This document shows, in pieces, positions 9,041-18,975 of a DNA stretch of 64,000 bases; position 1 is the first letter of the stretch; the number at the start of each line of letters is the position of its first letter. The DNA is taken from assembly GCA_038317055.1 (NCBI GenBank), contig JBBQBA010000002.1, forward strand, positions 182,967 to 246,966. Direction: 5' to 3'. The notes beneath the pieces are model-generated. The model made no database searches and was not told where the DNA came from. It worked only from the letters and a program-made list of their open reading frames with translations. This stretch comes from Candidatus Saccharimonadales bacterium (GTDB lineage Bacteria > Patescibacteriota > Saccharimonadia > Saccharimonadales > DATKHC01). A program made the position numbers and the translations under genes.

Positions 9041-10702
9041 ATGAGATTGTATAAATCACTACTTATTATTAGCGCTGTTACGGGAGGCCTGTGGTTAGGT
9101 TCATCTATTCTTGGATCTACAGCTTATGCATCTACTGATACAGGTAATCTAGCAACTGATCAATCTTCTTCTCAAACAGACAACAACCCAATAAGTAACT
9201 CTAAGGTGACGACAGCTAACATACCACCCTCAACAATTCCCGTAAATAACACTATTGCTACTTTGCCAACAACAGATGCAACTATAAATAACTCAACACA
9301 GTCTAATGCTCTATCTTCTGATGCATCCGTAACCAGTAACACAACAGCAGGTGACGCAACTAGTGGTACCGCAAATGATACATCCAACACACTAAATTCA
9401 GTTAACTCTGCAACAAGTTTAAGTGGTGGAGGGATTAAGACATTTACTCAAGATATAAACGGATCTCACAACGGTGATCTGAACATTGATCCTGGTACTG
9501 TTGCACAATCATTACAAAGTCAGAATGCAGTTGCATCTACGACAAATTCTTCCGGCACTATTAATAATAATATTGACCTTGGAGCTCTAAGTGGAAACGC
9601 GAGTGTTTTAAGCAATACAACTGCGGGGAATGCAACTAGTGGTGATGCGGTTACTGAAGCAAATCTTATTAATCTTATAAATTCCGGAATCACCGATAAT
9701 AATGCGTTTCTAGGTGTAATAAATATTTATGGGGACCTAAACGGTAACATAGTATTACCCAGCAATTTAATAGATTCACTTTCCAACAACCAGAGTTCAT
9801 CTAGCAGTAATCCAACAAGCTTGACTACTGCTACAGTAAACAATAATCAAGAAGTTAATAATAATGTTAACCTTTTAGCTAAATCGGGTGACGCTAGAGT
9901 AAATAACAACACAACTGCGGGGAATGCAACTAGTGGAAATGCTTCAACTGCAGTAAATATATATAATCTGCTAAACAGCCAAATAGTAGGCGGAAATTTG
10001 TTGCTGGTTTTTGTAAATGTTTCTGGAACATGGTTTGGTCTACTTCTAAATGCACCAGCCGGGTCTACGTCAACGGCAATTGGGAGTAATATTCAACAAA
10101 GTTCAATTATTCCAAATTCTCAAACAAACATAAACAACAAAGCTTTGATTAATAACAATATTAATTTAAATTCAGTTTCTGGTAATGCGTTAGTATCTAA
10201 AAATACTACCGCGGGTAATGCAACAAGTGGTAATGCTTCTGCAATAGTGAATATTGCTAACATTCTTGGTGATCAAATCAATTTAACCGGCTGGTTGGGA
10301 ATTCTAATTATAAATGTATTTGGATCATGGAACGGCAGTTTAATTCTTCAACCTATAGCTAATACTGCAGTAGTTCTAAACCAGCCAATAAATACATACA
10401 CTAGTACGAGTATCACAACAATTAGTTATGAAACCGTAGTGACCTACTTCAATCACACTTACCACTCATTTTATGCAAATACGAACTATCCAGATACAAA
10501 CCAATCAACTACACCACCATCTAATAATGATAGCCAAGCCAAAAATTACCATGGATTAAGTAATTTTGCCAGTATTATTTCTCCAACCAGTCATATAAAC
10601 AAAAACAATGATATTGGTACTAAAGTTGCTGTCTTTGGTATAGTATTTGCCGGCATATTAATTGCATGTGAGAGAATATTCGCTTTAATTATTCGCCCAT
10701 AG
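9041..10702 (+). CDS. Secreted N/S/T-rich repeat surface protein with C-terminal TM anchor (paralogue of the 5201..7093 gene)
   Basis: Signal peptide MRLYKSLLIISAVTGGLWLGSSILGSTAYA. Four repeats with an NTTAGNATSG(N/D)A core. Blocks INIYGDLNGNIVLP, LLLVFVNVSGTWFGLLLNAPAGS and LTGWLGILIINVFGSWNGSL follow the repeat cores. C-terminal TM VAVFGIVFAGILIAC. Confidence 0.7.
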   Translation: MRLYKSLLIISAVTGGLWLGSSILGSTAYASTDTGNLATDQSSSQTDNNPISNSKVTTANIPPSTIPVNNTIATLPTTDATINNSTQSNALSSDASVTSNTTAGDATSGTANDTSNTLNSVNSATSLSGGGIKTFTQDINGSHNGDLNIDPGTVAQSLQSQNAVASTTNSSGTINNNIDLGALSGNASVLSNTTAGNATSGDAVTEANLINLINSGITDNNAFLGVINIYGDLNGNIVLPSNLIDSLSNNQSSSSSNPTSLTTATVNNNQEVNNNVNLLAKSGDARVNNNTTAGNATSGNASTAVNIYNLLNSQIVGGNLLLVFVNVSGTWFGLLLNAPAGSTSTAIGSNIQQSSIIPNSQTNINNKALINNNINLNSVSGNALVSKNTTAGNATSGNASAIVNIANILGDQINLTGWLGILIINVFGSWNGSLILQPIANTAVVLNQPINTYTSTSITTISYETVVTYFNHTYHSFYANTNYPDTNQSTTPPSNNDSQAKNYHGLSNFASIISPTSHINKNNDIGTKVAVFGIVFAGILIACERIFALIIRP

Positions 10703-10732
10703 TCGCATAGCAAAAGCTTAAATGATAAATTT

Positions 10733-10741
10733 TGATATAAT
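10733..10741 (+). promoter_or_regulatory. Extended -10 element TGATATAAT immediately upstream of trhO (possible leaderless transcript)
   Basis: TGnTATAAT is matched exactly at 10733-10741. ATG at 10749 is only about 7 nt downstream, and no SD sequence is present. Confidence 0.3.
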
Positions 10742-10748
10742 ATAGATC

Positions 10749-11639
10749 ATGCAAAAAGTTATCTTATATTATTTGTTCACTCCAATTAAAGACCCAGAAG
10801 CAGTCAGATTATGGCAAACTGATCTGGCGGAACGGTTAAATTTAAAAGGAAGAATACTTTTATCTGAACACGGAATTAATGGTACGCTTGGTGGAAATAT
10901 TGACGATCTTAAAAAATATGTAACTAAAAACAAATCTTATAAACCATTCAAGAAACTTACATATAAATGGAGTCTGGGTTCAAGTGATGATTTTCCAAGA
11001 TTATCAGTTAAGGTCAGAGACGAAATAGTTACATTTGGAGCGACTAAGGAACTACAGGTTGATGAAAACGGAGTGATTGGTGGTGGTAAGCACATTAAAC
11101 CAGAGAAACTTCATGAAATGATTAAAAATAAGCAAGTTGTTATGTTAGACGGTCGCAACCAGTATGAAGCGGCAGTAGGAAAGTTTAAGAATGCTATCGT
11201 ACCCGAAGTAGATAATACTAGAGATTTTATTAATGAAATTGAAAAACCTAAATATGATGAGCTAAAGAATAAGCCAGTTGTAGCTTATTGTACCGGCGGA
11301 ATTAGATGTGAGGTATTAACTTCACTTATGAAAAATCGCGGTTTTAAAGATGTATATCAAATTGAAGGTGGAATTGCTAAGTATATAGAGAAGTATGGTG
11401 ATGAAGGTCTATGGGAAGGTTCATTATATGTCTTCGATAAACGAATGGGCATGAAACCATCTATGGAGACAAAAGATATTGGAATGTGCACCTACTGCCA
11501 AGGTAACACTAGCAGATATATTAATTGCTCAAATAAAGCCTGTAACCAATTAATTCTAGTTTGTGATAAATGTGATCAAGAAACGTTTTGTAAGAATTGT
11601 TCGACAAACACTGTCAAAACTTTTACTAAAACTGCTTAA
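10749..11639 (+). CDS. trhO: Rhodanese-domain tRNA uridine(34) hydroxylase TrhO/YceA family (UPF0176), with C-terminal Cys cluster
   Basis: The N-terminus YYLFTPIKDPEAVRLWQ has the UPF0176 pattern. Rhodanese active-site region VVAYCTGGIRCE. C-terminal CTYCQGN...CSNKAC...CDKCD. Confidence 0.65.
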   Translation: MQKVILYYLFTPIKDPEAVRLWQTDLAERLNLKGRILLSEHGINGTLGGNIDDLKKYVTKNKSYKPFKKLTYKWSLGSSDDFPRLSVKVRDEIVTFGATKELQVDENGVIGGGKHIKPEKLHEMIKNKQVVMLDGRNQYEAAVGKFKNAIVPEVDNTRDFINEIEKPKYDELKNKPVVAYCTGGIRCEVLTSLMKNRGFKDVYQIEGGIAKYIEKYGDEGLWEGSLYVFDKRMGMKPSMETKDIGMCTYCQGNTSRYINCSNKACNQLILVCDKCDQETFCKNCSTNTVKTFTKTA

Positions 11640-11641
11640 GT

Positions 11642-12028
11642 TTACTTAGGTTTTTCTTTACGCTCAAGTTCTCGAATTTGATCATGATCTAAACCAAAGT
11701 AGTGTGCAACTTCGTGCCAAACTGTTCTACCTATACGATCGAATAATTCACTCATGTTATTACTGAAGTATTCTAATGGTTTCTGAAAAAGTGTAATTTT
11801 ATCTGGAAGAGTTTTTAAAACTCCTTGTCTTTGCGATAAAGGAACTCCCTCATATAAACCAAATAATGACTGATCGTTCCTCAACATTAGTTTATGTCTT
11901 TGTTCAAGACTTGGTTCATCTTCAACTAGAATAGCTACATTTTTAATTTTAGCTAAGTAGTCTTTCGGAAGCTGGGCGACTGCCTTATTTACAAGATCTT
12001 CAAACTCATTTCTGGATATCATTATCAT
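11642..12028 (-). CDS. Small zinc metallopeptidase-like protein (HExxHxxGxxH motif)
   Basis: WHEVAHYFGLDHD contains HEVAHYFGLDH, which is a metzincin-type HExxHxxGxxH motif. 128 aa. Confidence 0.5.
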   Translation of the reverse strand: MIMISRNEFEDLVNKAVAQLPKDYLAKIKNVAILVEDEPSLEQRHKLMLRNDQSLFGLYEGVPLSQRQGVLKTLPDKITLFQKPLEYFSNNMSELFDRIGRTVWHEVAHYFGLDHDQIRELERKEKPK

Positions 12029-12075
12029 AAATTAAGTGTAACAAATAACATTTCTGTTATTTACCAATATATTTA

Positions 12076-12600
12076 TTAATGATTTTTTAACCAGGCTATT
12101 TCTAATAGGTTATTTAATGCAAATATCTGATCCACATGTAGTTCATGTTCACCAGCAACAGGATCAGAAATTAACTCTGGATTATCGAGTGATTTAGAAA
12201 AATGTTGAACTTGCTTTGACTGTAATAGTAAACCAGTCCCATCAGGTACATATGTATCAATTCCCCTACTAAACGTATGCGGATTAACTTCTAGCTGACT
12301 TCTATGAATAATACATATTTGGTCGTCATCATGAAATTGACGTCTCAGCTCTACTTCAAAATCAGTATCACTAAGAATTACTACTTCACTATCATTTTCA
12401 TACTCATTATATGAGATGGAATTTTCAGGAGGTATATCTAATATATGATTTACTAGATCAAATAATTTAGCAGTGTCTTTAAGTCTAGTTTCTCTTTTAC
12501 CTAGCAGCTTATCCTCAGTTTTTTTTCTAATTAACTCGAGAACTCTACTGCCAATAACAACGTCTTTACCTAATCTGGTTTCTGGGTGTAATTCAAACAT
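12076..12600 (-). CDS. Hypothetical protein
   Basis: ORF of 174 aa with no recognisable motif. Co-directional with its neighbours. Confidence 0.4.
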   Translation of the reverse strand: MFELHPETRLGKDVVIGSRVLELIRKKTEDKLLGKRETRLKDTAKLFDLVNHILDIPPENSISYNEYENDSEVVILSDTDFEVELRRQFHDDDQICIIHRSQLEVNPHTFSRGIDTYVPDGTGLLLQSKQVQHFSKSLDNPELISDPVAGEHELHVDQIFALNNLLEIAWLKNH

Positions 12601-12661
12601 AAATAAGTATATATCATAACACTTATAGTCTATTATTGCAACCCTGTGATGCTTATTTTGT

Positions 12662-13387
12662 TTACTGAACGTTTATACGAGTAAACCCTTCGCCATAACT
12701 GACACCCATTTTACCGCCAGTTAATTTAGCTAAGTTTTTCATCATCTCTTGCGTCGATTTTATATCTGCCATTTGACTCGTGTGGGCTGCTAATGCTGCC
12801 ATCTTATTATCTATAGTTGCAGTTATATCAACAAAGAAATTTCCTTCACCAAAACTCGATAGTAGAAGTGTTGCGACTTTATGCGGTTGTAAGCCTTCAT
12901 CTATAAGTTCAGGAAAAGTAAGTCTGTCTCTTGCCATAGGAAAAACGGCATCTATTGTTGCTTGACCAGCTGCTCGATGATCTGAGTGATTAATAAAACC
13001 TCTTTCAGAATCAAACATTACTGTAGGGTCCGTAGTAAGCACTACATCAGGTTTTACTTTGCGTATTACTCGACAAATATCTTTTTTTAAGTCCATTGTT
13101 ACTTCCAGATATGCGTCAGGATTAGCTAAAAAGAAAGCCTCTTTACCGCCGATTGCTTTTAGGGCATTTATTTGTTCTTCTTGTCTTATTTTAATTAACA
13201 TCTCAGATGTCATTTTTGGGTCGTCTGAACCCTTGCTACCATCAGTTAAAATTAGATAGTAGACTTCGGCTCCTTCAGATGCCCAACGAGCTAAAGCTCC
13301 CGACGCACCAAAATCTAAGTCATCTGGATGGGCTGCGACTCCTAGAACTACCTTAGGTTTAAGTTCATTTGAATTTAATTCATTCAT
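12662..13387 (-). CDS. PIG-L/LmbE family N-acetylglucosaminyl deacetylase
   Basis: N-terminus VLGVAAHPDDLDFGASGALA matches the AHPDDE motif. HSDH further on. Confidence 0.65.
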   Translation of the reverse strand: MNELNSNELKPKVVLGVAAHPDDLDFGASGALARWASEGAEVYYLILTDGSKGSDDPKMTSEMLIKIRQEEQINALKAIGGKEAFFLANPDAYLEVTMDLKKDICRVIRKVKPDVVLTTDPTVMFDSERGFINHSDHRAAGQATIDAVFPMARDRLTFPELIDEGLQPHKVATLLLSSFGEGNFFVDITATIDNKMAALAAHTSQMADIKSTQEMMKNLAKLTGGKMGVSYGEGFTRINVQ

Positions 13388-13450
13388 TTAAAGTCCTTGT
13401 ATATTACGATTTGTATATACTCTATAACTTATCGTATCTGATATCAAAGA

Positions 13451-14074
13451 TTATTTAGCTGTTTCTTTTCGTTTTTTTGTAATTTTGTATGCGGCAAAAC
13501 CTATTAAAGATACAACAAAAATAATGGATACATAGAGCTGATACTTAAGAATCGTTTGTATATGGCTACCGCCGTAGTAACCAACTGCAGCCCAAGTTAA
13601 GACCCAGATTGTGGCACCAATAGTGTTATAGATTAAGAATTTTCCCCATTTCATTTCACTTGTTCCAGCAATTATCCCATTTAATTGTCTTAGACCATCA
13701 ATGAATCTGGCAACAATAACTACTTTGCCACCGTTTCTATTGAAGAAGTCTTCAAATTTCTTATATCTTTCAGGAGGAAGGAAAATATATTTCCCGTATT
13801 TATTTACTAGTTTAGTACCTCCATAGTTACCAATTGCAAAAGCGATGTTATCGCCTAAGATTGCGGCAATTATACCAACTAAAATAACAACGAATATATT
13901 AAGCTGACCTATTCCTGCAAATACAGCAGCTGCAACTAGGGTAGTTTCGCCGGGCAATGGAATACCCATACTTTCAACTAACAAAAGGCCGCCAACTCCA
14001 AAATAACCATATTGGCTAACAAATGGTGCAGCAACTTGTATTATATGCGGGATATTTTCAGGTAACTGGCTCAT
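13451..14074 (-). CDS. DedA/SNARE-associated family membrane protein
   Basis: Hydrophobic profile and VIVARFIDGLRQLNGIIAG match the DedA signature region. Confidence 0.7.
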   Translation of the reverse strand: MSQLPENIPHIIQVAAPFVSQYGYFGVGGLLLVESMGIPLPGETTLVAAAVFAGIGQLNIFVVILVGIIAAILGDNIAFAIGNYGGTKLVNKYGKYIFLPPERYKKFEDFFNRNGGKVVIVARFIDGLRQLNGIIAGTSEMKWGKFLIYNTIGATIWVLTWAAVGYYGGSHIQTILKYQLYVSIIFVVSLIGFAAYKITKKRKETAK

Positions 14075-14212
14075 AATCTTATGTTATTAAGAATAACATT
14101 AATTGAAGTAGCTGCAGGTTAACAGTAAGGATAGTTAACTTAGCAACAAATAAATCCTTATGTTTTTAACTAAATTGCATTTATAATGAAATCATTACAA
14201 TAAATAAAAATT

Positions 14213-16027
14213 ATGCCCCCAAGTCGAAATAATCGAAATCCTAATAAAAATGACAAAATGCCGAAGTCACACACTTTGGCCAGGATTAGGACGCTATATT
14301 CAATTCTTATTATTATTGGAGCAATTTTTATTGTTAGATTATTTTATTTACAGATTATTCGACATAATTACTACCAAACAGCCGCCAATAGCGATCAATT
14401 AAAACAATATCAAATTCCAGCCCAAAGAGGCATGATTCTAGCAAATAGTGCTGGTGAGACCGTACCGCTAGTACTTAATCAGTCTTTATATACATTATTC
14501 GCAGATCCACCCCTAGTTAAGAATGCGAACTCAGATGCAACTTCAATTCAAAAAATTATAGGTGGTGATGTAGCTTCATATCAAAAATCCCTAACTGTAA
14601 CCGGGACTCAATATTCGGTTTTGGCAAAACAAATTACTAAATCCCAGTCTGATGCAATTTTAGCCTTAAAATTACCAGGAATTGATACCATAGCAGGTAA
14701 CTACAGAACCTACCCTGATGGCCCACTGGCTGCATCATTACTTGGATTCGTTAACGCCAATGGTTCAGGTCAATATGGTATCGAACAAGCCTTAAACAAA
14801 ACTTTAGCTGGTACAAACGGTAAAATTAAAGCTGTCACTGACGCACAGGGCATTCCACTAGTTGGGAGTAAGGGTAATATACTAAAGAACGCTGTAAACG
14901 GAAATAACGTTGCACTTACAATTAATGTTCCCGTACAACAACAGCTAGAAACAGTGCTCCAGGCTGGTTTAAAACGGGCTCGATCTAGTTCAGGGAACGT
15001 AACTATACTAGATACTACTAACGGTAACGTAATCGCGATGGCTAATTATCCAAGTTATGATCCAGGTAATTATGCCAATGTCAGTAGTCCAAACGATTAT
15101 CAAAATGCTGCAGCAGATTCACCACTTGAAGTCGGCTCTATTATGAAAACCCTAACTGTAGCCGCAGCACTAAACACTGGATCAATAAGTAGCCCAGCAC
15201 AAGTATTTAATGATCCTGGTAGTTATACAATTGATGGTTCTAAAATTACTGATATTGCACAGGATAGCGGAGTAGATAAAGGTCCGATTTCTGTGACAAG
15301 TATTCTTGTAAACTCACTTAATACGGGTGCGACTTGGCTTTTATCTACTATGGGTGGCAGACAAGTTAACCAACAAGCACGGAATACATGGTACGACTAT
15401 ATGACTAATCATTATCATCTTGGATCTTCCACCGGCATTCAGCAAGGCTATGAGGCTAGCGGTTATATACCTGACCCAAATAAAGGTTCTGCACTTGATT
15501 TAGCATATGCTAACACTGCTTTTGGACAAGCAATGACAGCAACACCACTGCAAATGGCAGCTGCTGTTGGGGCGGCATTAAATGGAGGTACATATTTTCA
15601 GCCTAATTTAGTTCAAAGCGTTACAAACCCTACGACTGGAGTAACGACTATAAATAAACCGAAAGTATGGAAATATGGTGTAATTAAGCCGACTACATCT
15701 GCACAACTAGCTCAGATTATGGAAGAAGTAGTACATGATAATTATGTGTTTTATTCAATGAGCAAGCCACAAGCCGGATATATAATTGGAGGTAAGACTG
15801 GTACTGCTCAAATTGCCGCACCCGGTGGAGGCTATTATGCAGATAAATTCAACGGTACATTTGTAGGGTTTGTTGGTGTAAAAACACCTCAATACGTAAT
15901 TATGGTAGAAGTTAATCAGCCTAATCTACCTGAAAATAGTGTTGACACATACGCTGGTGCTGGAGCTGCCGCTCCAATCTTTGGTGGGGTTGTTAATTTA
16001 CTTATTAATGGTGGATATGTAAACTAA
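14213..16027 (+). CDS. Class B penicillin-binding protein (PBP2/FtsI-type transpeptidase)
   Basis: N-terminal TM. SxxK in GSIMKTL, SxN in VNSLNTG and KTGT in GGKTGTAQ. Confidence 0.8.
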   Translation: MPPSRNNRNPNKNDKMPKSHTLARIRTLYSILIIIGAIFIVRLFYLQIIRHNYYQTAANSDQLKQYQIPAQRGMILANSAGETVPLVLNQSLYTLFADPPLVKNANSDATSIQKIIGGDVASYQKSLTVTGTQYSVLAKQITKSQSDAILALKLPGIDTIAGNYRTYPDGPLAASLLGFVNANGSGQYGIEQALNKTLAGTNGKIKAVTDAQGIPLVGSKGNILKNAVNGNNVALTINVPVQQQLETVLQAGLKRARSSSGNVTILDTTNGNVIAMANYPSYDPGNYANVSSPNDYQNAAADSPLEVGSIMKTLTVAAALNTGSISSPAQVFNDPGSYTIDGSKITDIAQDSGVDKGPISVTSILVNSLNTGATWLLSTMGGRQVNQQARNTWYDYMTNHYHLGSSTGIQQGYEASGYIPDPNKGSALDLAYANTAFGQAMTATPLQMAAAVGAALNGGTYFQPNLVQSVTNPTTGVTTINKPKVWKYGVIKPTTSAQLAQIMEEVVHDNYVFYSMSKPQAGYIIGGKTGTAQIAAPGGGYYADKFNGTFVGFVGVKTPQYVIMVEVNQPNLPENSVDTYAGAGAAAPIFGGVVNLLINGGYVN

Positions 16028-16062
16028 TTCATCTGTATAATAAGCAGCAGGAGATTAAGAGA

Positions 16063-16473
16063 GTGGCGAAAAAGAAGCAGAAAAAAATTATTGTAAACAT
16101 GCCTTCATGGGTTTCAAGAGTTTATAGTATTTTTGCTGCGCTACTTGTTCCGTGGACAATTTATCTTGCTTATTCACTTCCACGTAGACAAATACAGAAA
16201 AACTGGGATATATCTTGGGTTGGATTAGATATAGGAATAATATTTCTTTTACTTCTTACTGGTTTTTTAGCATCTATTAAATCCAGACTTGTGATAATAA
16301 GCTTATCTGCAACAGCCAGCTTTTTACTTGTTGACGCATGGTTCGACATTATTAGTTCAAGGTCAGGCAGAGATCTTGATCAATCACTTTTTTTAGCTTT
16401 TATTATCGAAATACCGCTTTCAATTTTAGGATTTTATTTAGCTTATCGAACAATAAATAAGAACGTAGATTGA
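16063..16473 (+). CDS. Hypothetical polytopic membrane protein
   Basis: Four predicted TM helices and no recognisable motif. Confidence 0.45.
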   Translation: MAKKKQKKIIVNMPSWVSRVYSIFAALLVPWTIYLAYSLPRRQIQKNWDISWVGLDIGIIFLLLLTGFLASIKSRLVIISLSATASFLLVDAWFDIISSRSGRDLDQSLFLAFIIEIPLSILGFYLAYRTINKNVD

Positions 16474-16510
16474 TATTAATATTTAATCGAATGGGGTTAT
16501 AATAAATACC

Positions 16511-16816
16511 ATGAAAAATAACATAAGTGTTATTAAATCCTCAGGAGGCTATGTAGCCGAAATTGTAATAATCTTAATAGCTGTCGTTATTATTGCAATT
16601 GGCATTTGGCGAGTAAAAGATCATGATAAGCACAAGACTACTACAGTTACGACCGTTAATTCTAACTCAGCCGGCAGTGAAACAAGCTCGGATCCTGCAA
16701 TAAATAATTCTCTAAACTCAGTTAATTCGAGCTTAAATCAAGATAATCAAAATATTAATTCAGCGAACAATGCAGTAAACGATCAAGGAAGTCAGATTAG
16801 CGTACCGAGTCAATAG
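16511..16816 (+). CDS. Hypothetical small membrane-anchored protein
   Basis: N-terminal TM AEIVIILIAVVIIAIGIW with an N/S-rich tail. Confidence 0.4.
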   Translation: MKNNISVIKSSGGYVAEIVIILIAVVIIAIGIWRVKDHDKHKTTTVTTVNSNSAGSETSSDPAINNSLNSVNSSLNQDNQNINSANNAVNDQGSQISVPSQ

Positions 16817-16936
16817 ATAGAATATATTTAAATGTTAATCACTTTCAATTTAAAATATTTTTATAAATTTAACTTATTTGTACCAAAACCATATAATATA
16901 CTTATGTTTATTTCATTTATATTAAATGTCTAATAT

Positions 16937-17557
16937 ATGCATAGATTAAATAAAAAAGGATTTACAATAGTTGAGGTAATGATTGTACTAGCGATCGCTA
17001 CGCTTCTTTTGGTTATAGTTCTTATTGCGGTTCCAGCTCTTCAAAGAAACTCTCGAAATACCGAAAAAAAACACGATGTTAATGATTTAATTGGAGGTAT
17101 AGTTGACTATAGTTCGACAAATGGTTATTTACCTTATGGATTTTGTACTACAGGTTTAGCCGATGATCCAATAATATTTGTTAGACCAAGTATAGCAACA
17201 GATATACCTATATCAGTAAAATTAGGTTTTTTCAATCAAACTACTGAACACAATGGATCTGTTAATGGAAGTGGTGGCTGTAGTTCAATTTGGCCCGGAG
17301 GAACTTCTGGATTAGTAAGTTTAAAAGAAGTCCATTTATTAACTACTGTTCCCCAATTGTTTCCAGGCGGTCCTGCAGGAACTAATGATCATCTTGCTAT
17401 ATTTATGGACGCTACATGTACTGGTAGCATACCATCGAATCAAGATACTACATTTCCCACTTTAAAAATTATTAATACTGCTCCAGGTCAATTTGCTATT
17501 GCTTATTTAATTGAGACAGGTCAAGGTAAATATGTAGCGCAATGTACTGATGGTTGA
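16937..17557 (+). CDS. Type IV pilin (prepilin-type N-terminal cleavage/methylation domain)
   Basis: KKGFTIVEVMIVLAIATLLLVIVL matches the G-F-T-L-I-E class III signal peptide. Cys pair near the C-terminus. Confidence 0.7.
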   Translation: MHRLNKKGFTIVEVMIVLAIATLLLVIVLIAVPALQRNSRNTEKKHDVNDLIGGIVDYSSTNGYLPYGFCTTGLADDPIIFVRPSIATDIPISVKLGFFNQTTEHNGSVNGSGGCSSIWPGGTSGLVSLKEVHLLTTVPQLFPGGPAGTNDHLAIFMDATCTGSIPSNQDTTFPTLKIINTAPGQFAIAYLIETGQGKYVAQCTDG

Positions 17558-17998
17558 TAAGTGTTAATTCTATAAATTAAAGCCTTTGTCATATACATAT
17601 TTTTAGAATTGCTATATAAGACCTTATTGATAATTTCGTAGAATTTGACTATATGTAATCAGTTTTACGTGACTAAACTTCAAACTTTCTAAAAGTGTAA
17701 AACAACAAACAAAAATCCTACTATTATTAACGTCATTGCAATAAACCAGATGAATCTTAGTATTTTGGTGTTGTTTGTAACTTTAATTCCTGCTTGGTTA
17801 AATTGATTTAATCGATCATCTAGCTCTATTTGAATTTCTCCGACCGATGTAACCCATAACGCCTATAAAGAAATGTAGTTAATAGACAAAACAGCCAATC
17901 TTTTCGTACTTTTGAAATAATTGTTTAAATTTGCAATAAATTTAACAAGTACAAGCACCAGTAAGAACTATAATATATATAGTTAAGAGGTTTAATTA

Positions 17999-18964
17999 AT
18001 GTCAAAAATATATTGGTTCTTGGCTCATGAACAGTTTCAACCTGAAGATTTAGTCATACACGCTCAAGCAGCTGAAAAGGCTGGTTTTGATGGCGTAATG
18101 GTATCAGAACATCTCCAACCTTGGGTTGATGACGTGGGTGCATCTGGTTTCGCTTTTACTACTTTAGGAGCTATTGCTGCAACTACAACAAAAATTAAGA
18201 TGATTACCGGTGTAACTACTCCACTATTTAGATATCATCCGGCCGTAGTAGCTCAGGCTGCTGCTACAATAGACCGAATTTCAAACGGAAGGTTTGAACT
18301 TGGTATTGGTACGGGAGAGAATATAAATGAAGGTCCATTAGGATATAATTTTCCATCTTATAAAGAACGCTCAGACCGAATTATTGAAGCTATGGAAATA
18401 ATGAAAGCACTACTTAGTGGTGAAAAGTTAACATATACGGGTATTCATTATCAAGTAAAAGGTTTAAAGTTATACAGCCCACCGATTAGCAAGGTACCGA
18501 TACTTATGGCAGCTGGTGGCCCACAATCTGCACGTACAGCAGCAAAATATAGTGATGGAATCATAACAAGCGTTAAGAGTGTAGAAGAGACTCAGGAGAA
18601 CATAATTGATACTGTTAAGGATTGGTCAAAATTAAGATTGGCAGCTTCCCGTTGGTCAGTTTATGCAGATAGTGACGATTCAGCCTGGGAAGCATTATCT
18701 GCCCAACGTGGCCTAAGAGCTCCAAGTAGATCAATTTCAATTGATCCTTTGGAACTTCAAAAAGAAGCCGACAATCTTACTCACGAAGAAGTTTTATCAA
18801 AATATAGTCGAATTAATAAAATAGCCGACTATATAGATGTTTATGCGCCACTTATTACTGAACTCAAAGCTGATACAGTAACAATTCAAACTACTTCATT
18901 AAATCAACTAGAAACTATTGCATTGGTTGGTAATCAAGTTCTACCAGTATTACATAAGCTATAA
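17999..18964 (+). CDS. LLM-class (luciferase-like) flavin-dependent oxidoreductase
   Basis: TIM-barrel LLM hallmarks GFDGVMVSEHLQPW and FELGIGTGE. RBS AAGAGG. Confidence 0.7.
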   Translation: MSKIYWFLAHEQFQPEDLVIHAQAAEKAGFDGVMVSEHLQPWVDDVGASGFAFTTLGAIAATTTKIKMITGVTTPLFRYHPAVVAQAAATIDRISNGRFELGIGTGENINEGPLGYNFPSYKERSDRIIEAMEIMKALLSGEKLTYTGIHYQVKGLKLYSPPISKVPILMAAGGPQSARTAAKYSDGIITSVKSVEETQENIIDTVKDWSKLRLAASRWSVYADSDDSAWEALSAQRGLRAPSRSISIDPLELQKEADNLTHEEVLSKYSRINKIADYIDVYAPLITELKADTVTIQTTSLNQLETIALVGNQVLPVLHKL

Positions 18965-18975
18965 GGAGTAAATAT

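Noticed and set aside
17690-17870. Minus-strand peptide-like ORF ending in ...IAMTLIIVGFLFVVLHF in the spacer upstream of the LLM genes
   Set aside because: It has no ATG, GTG or TTG start in frame after the upstream stop, and no RBS.
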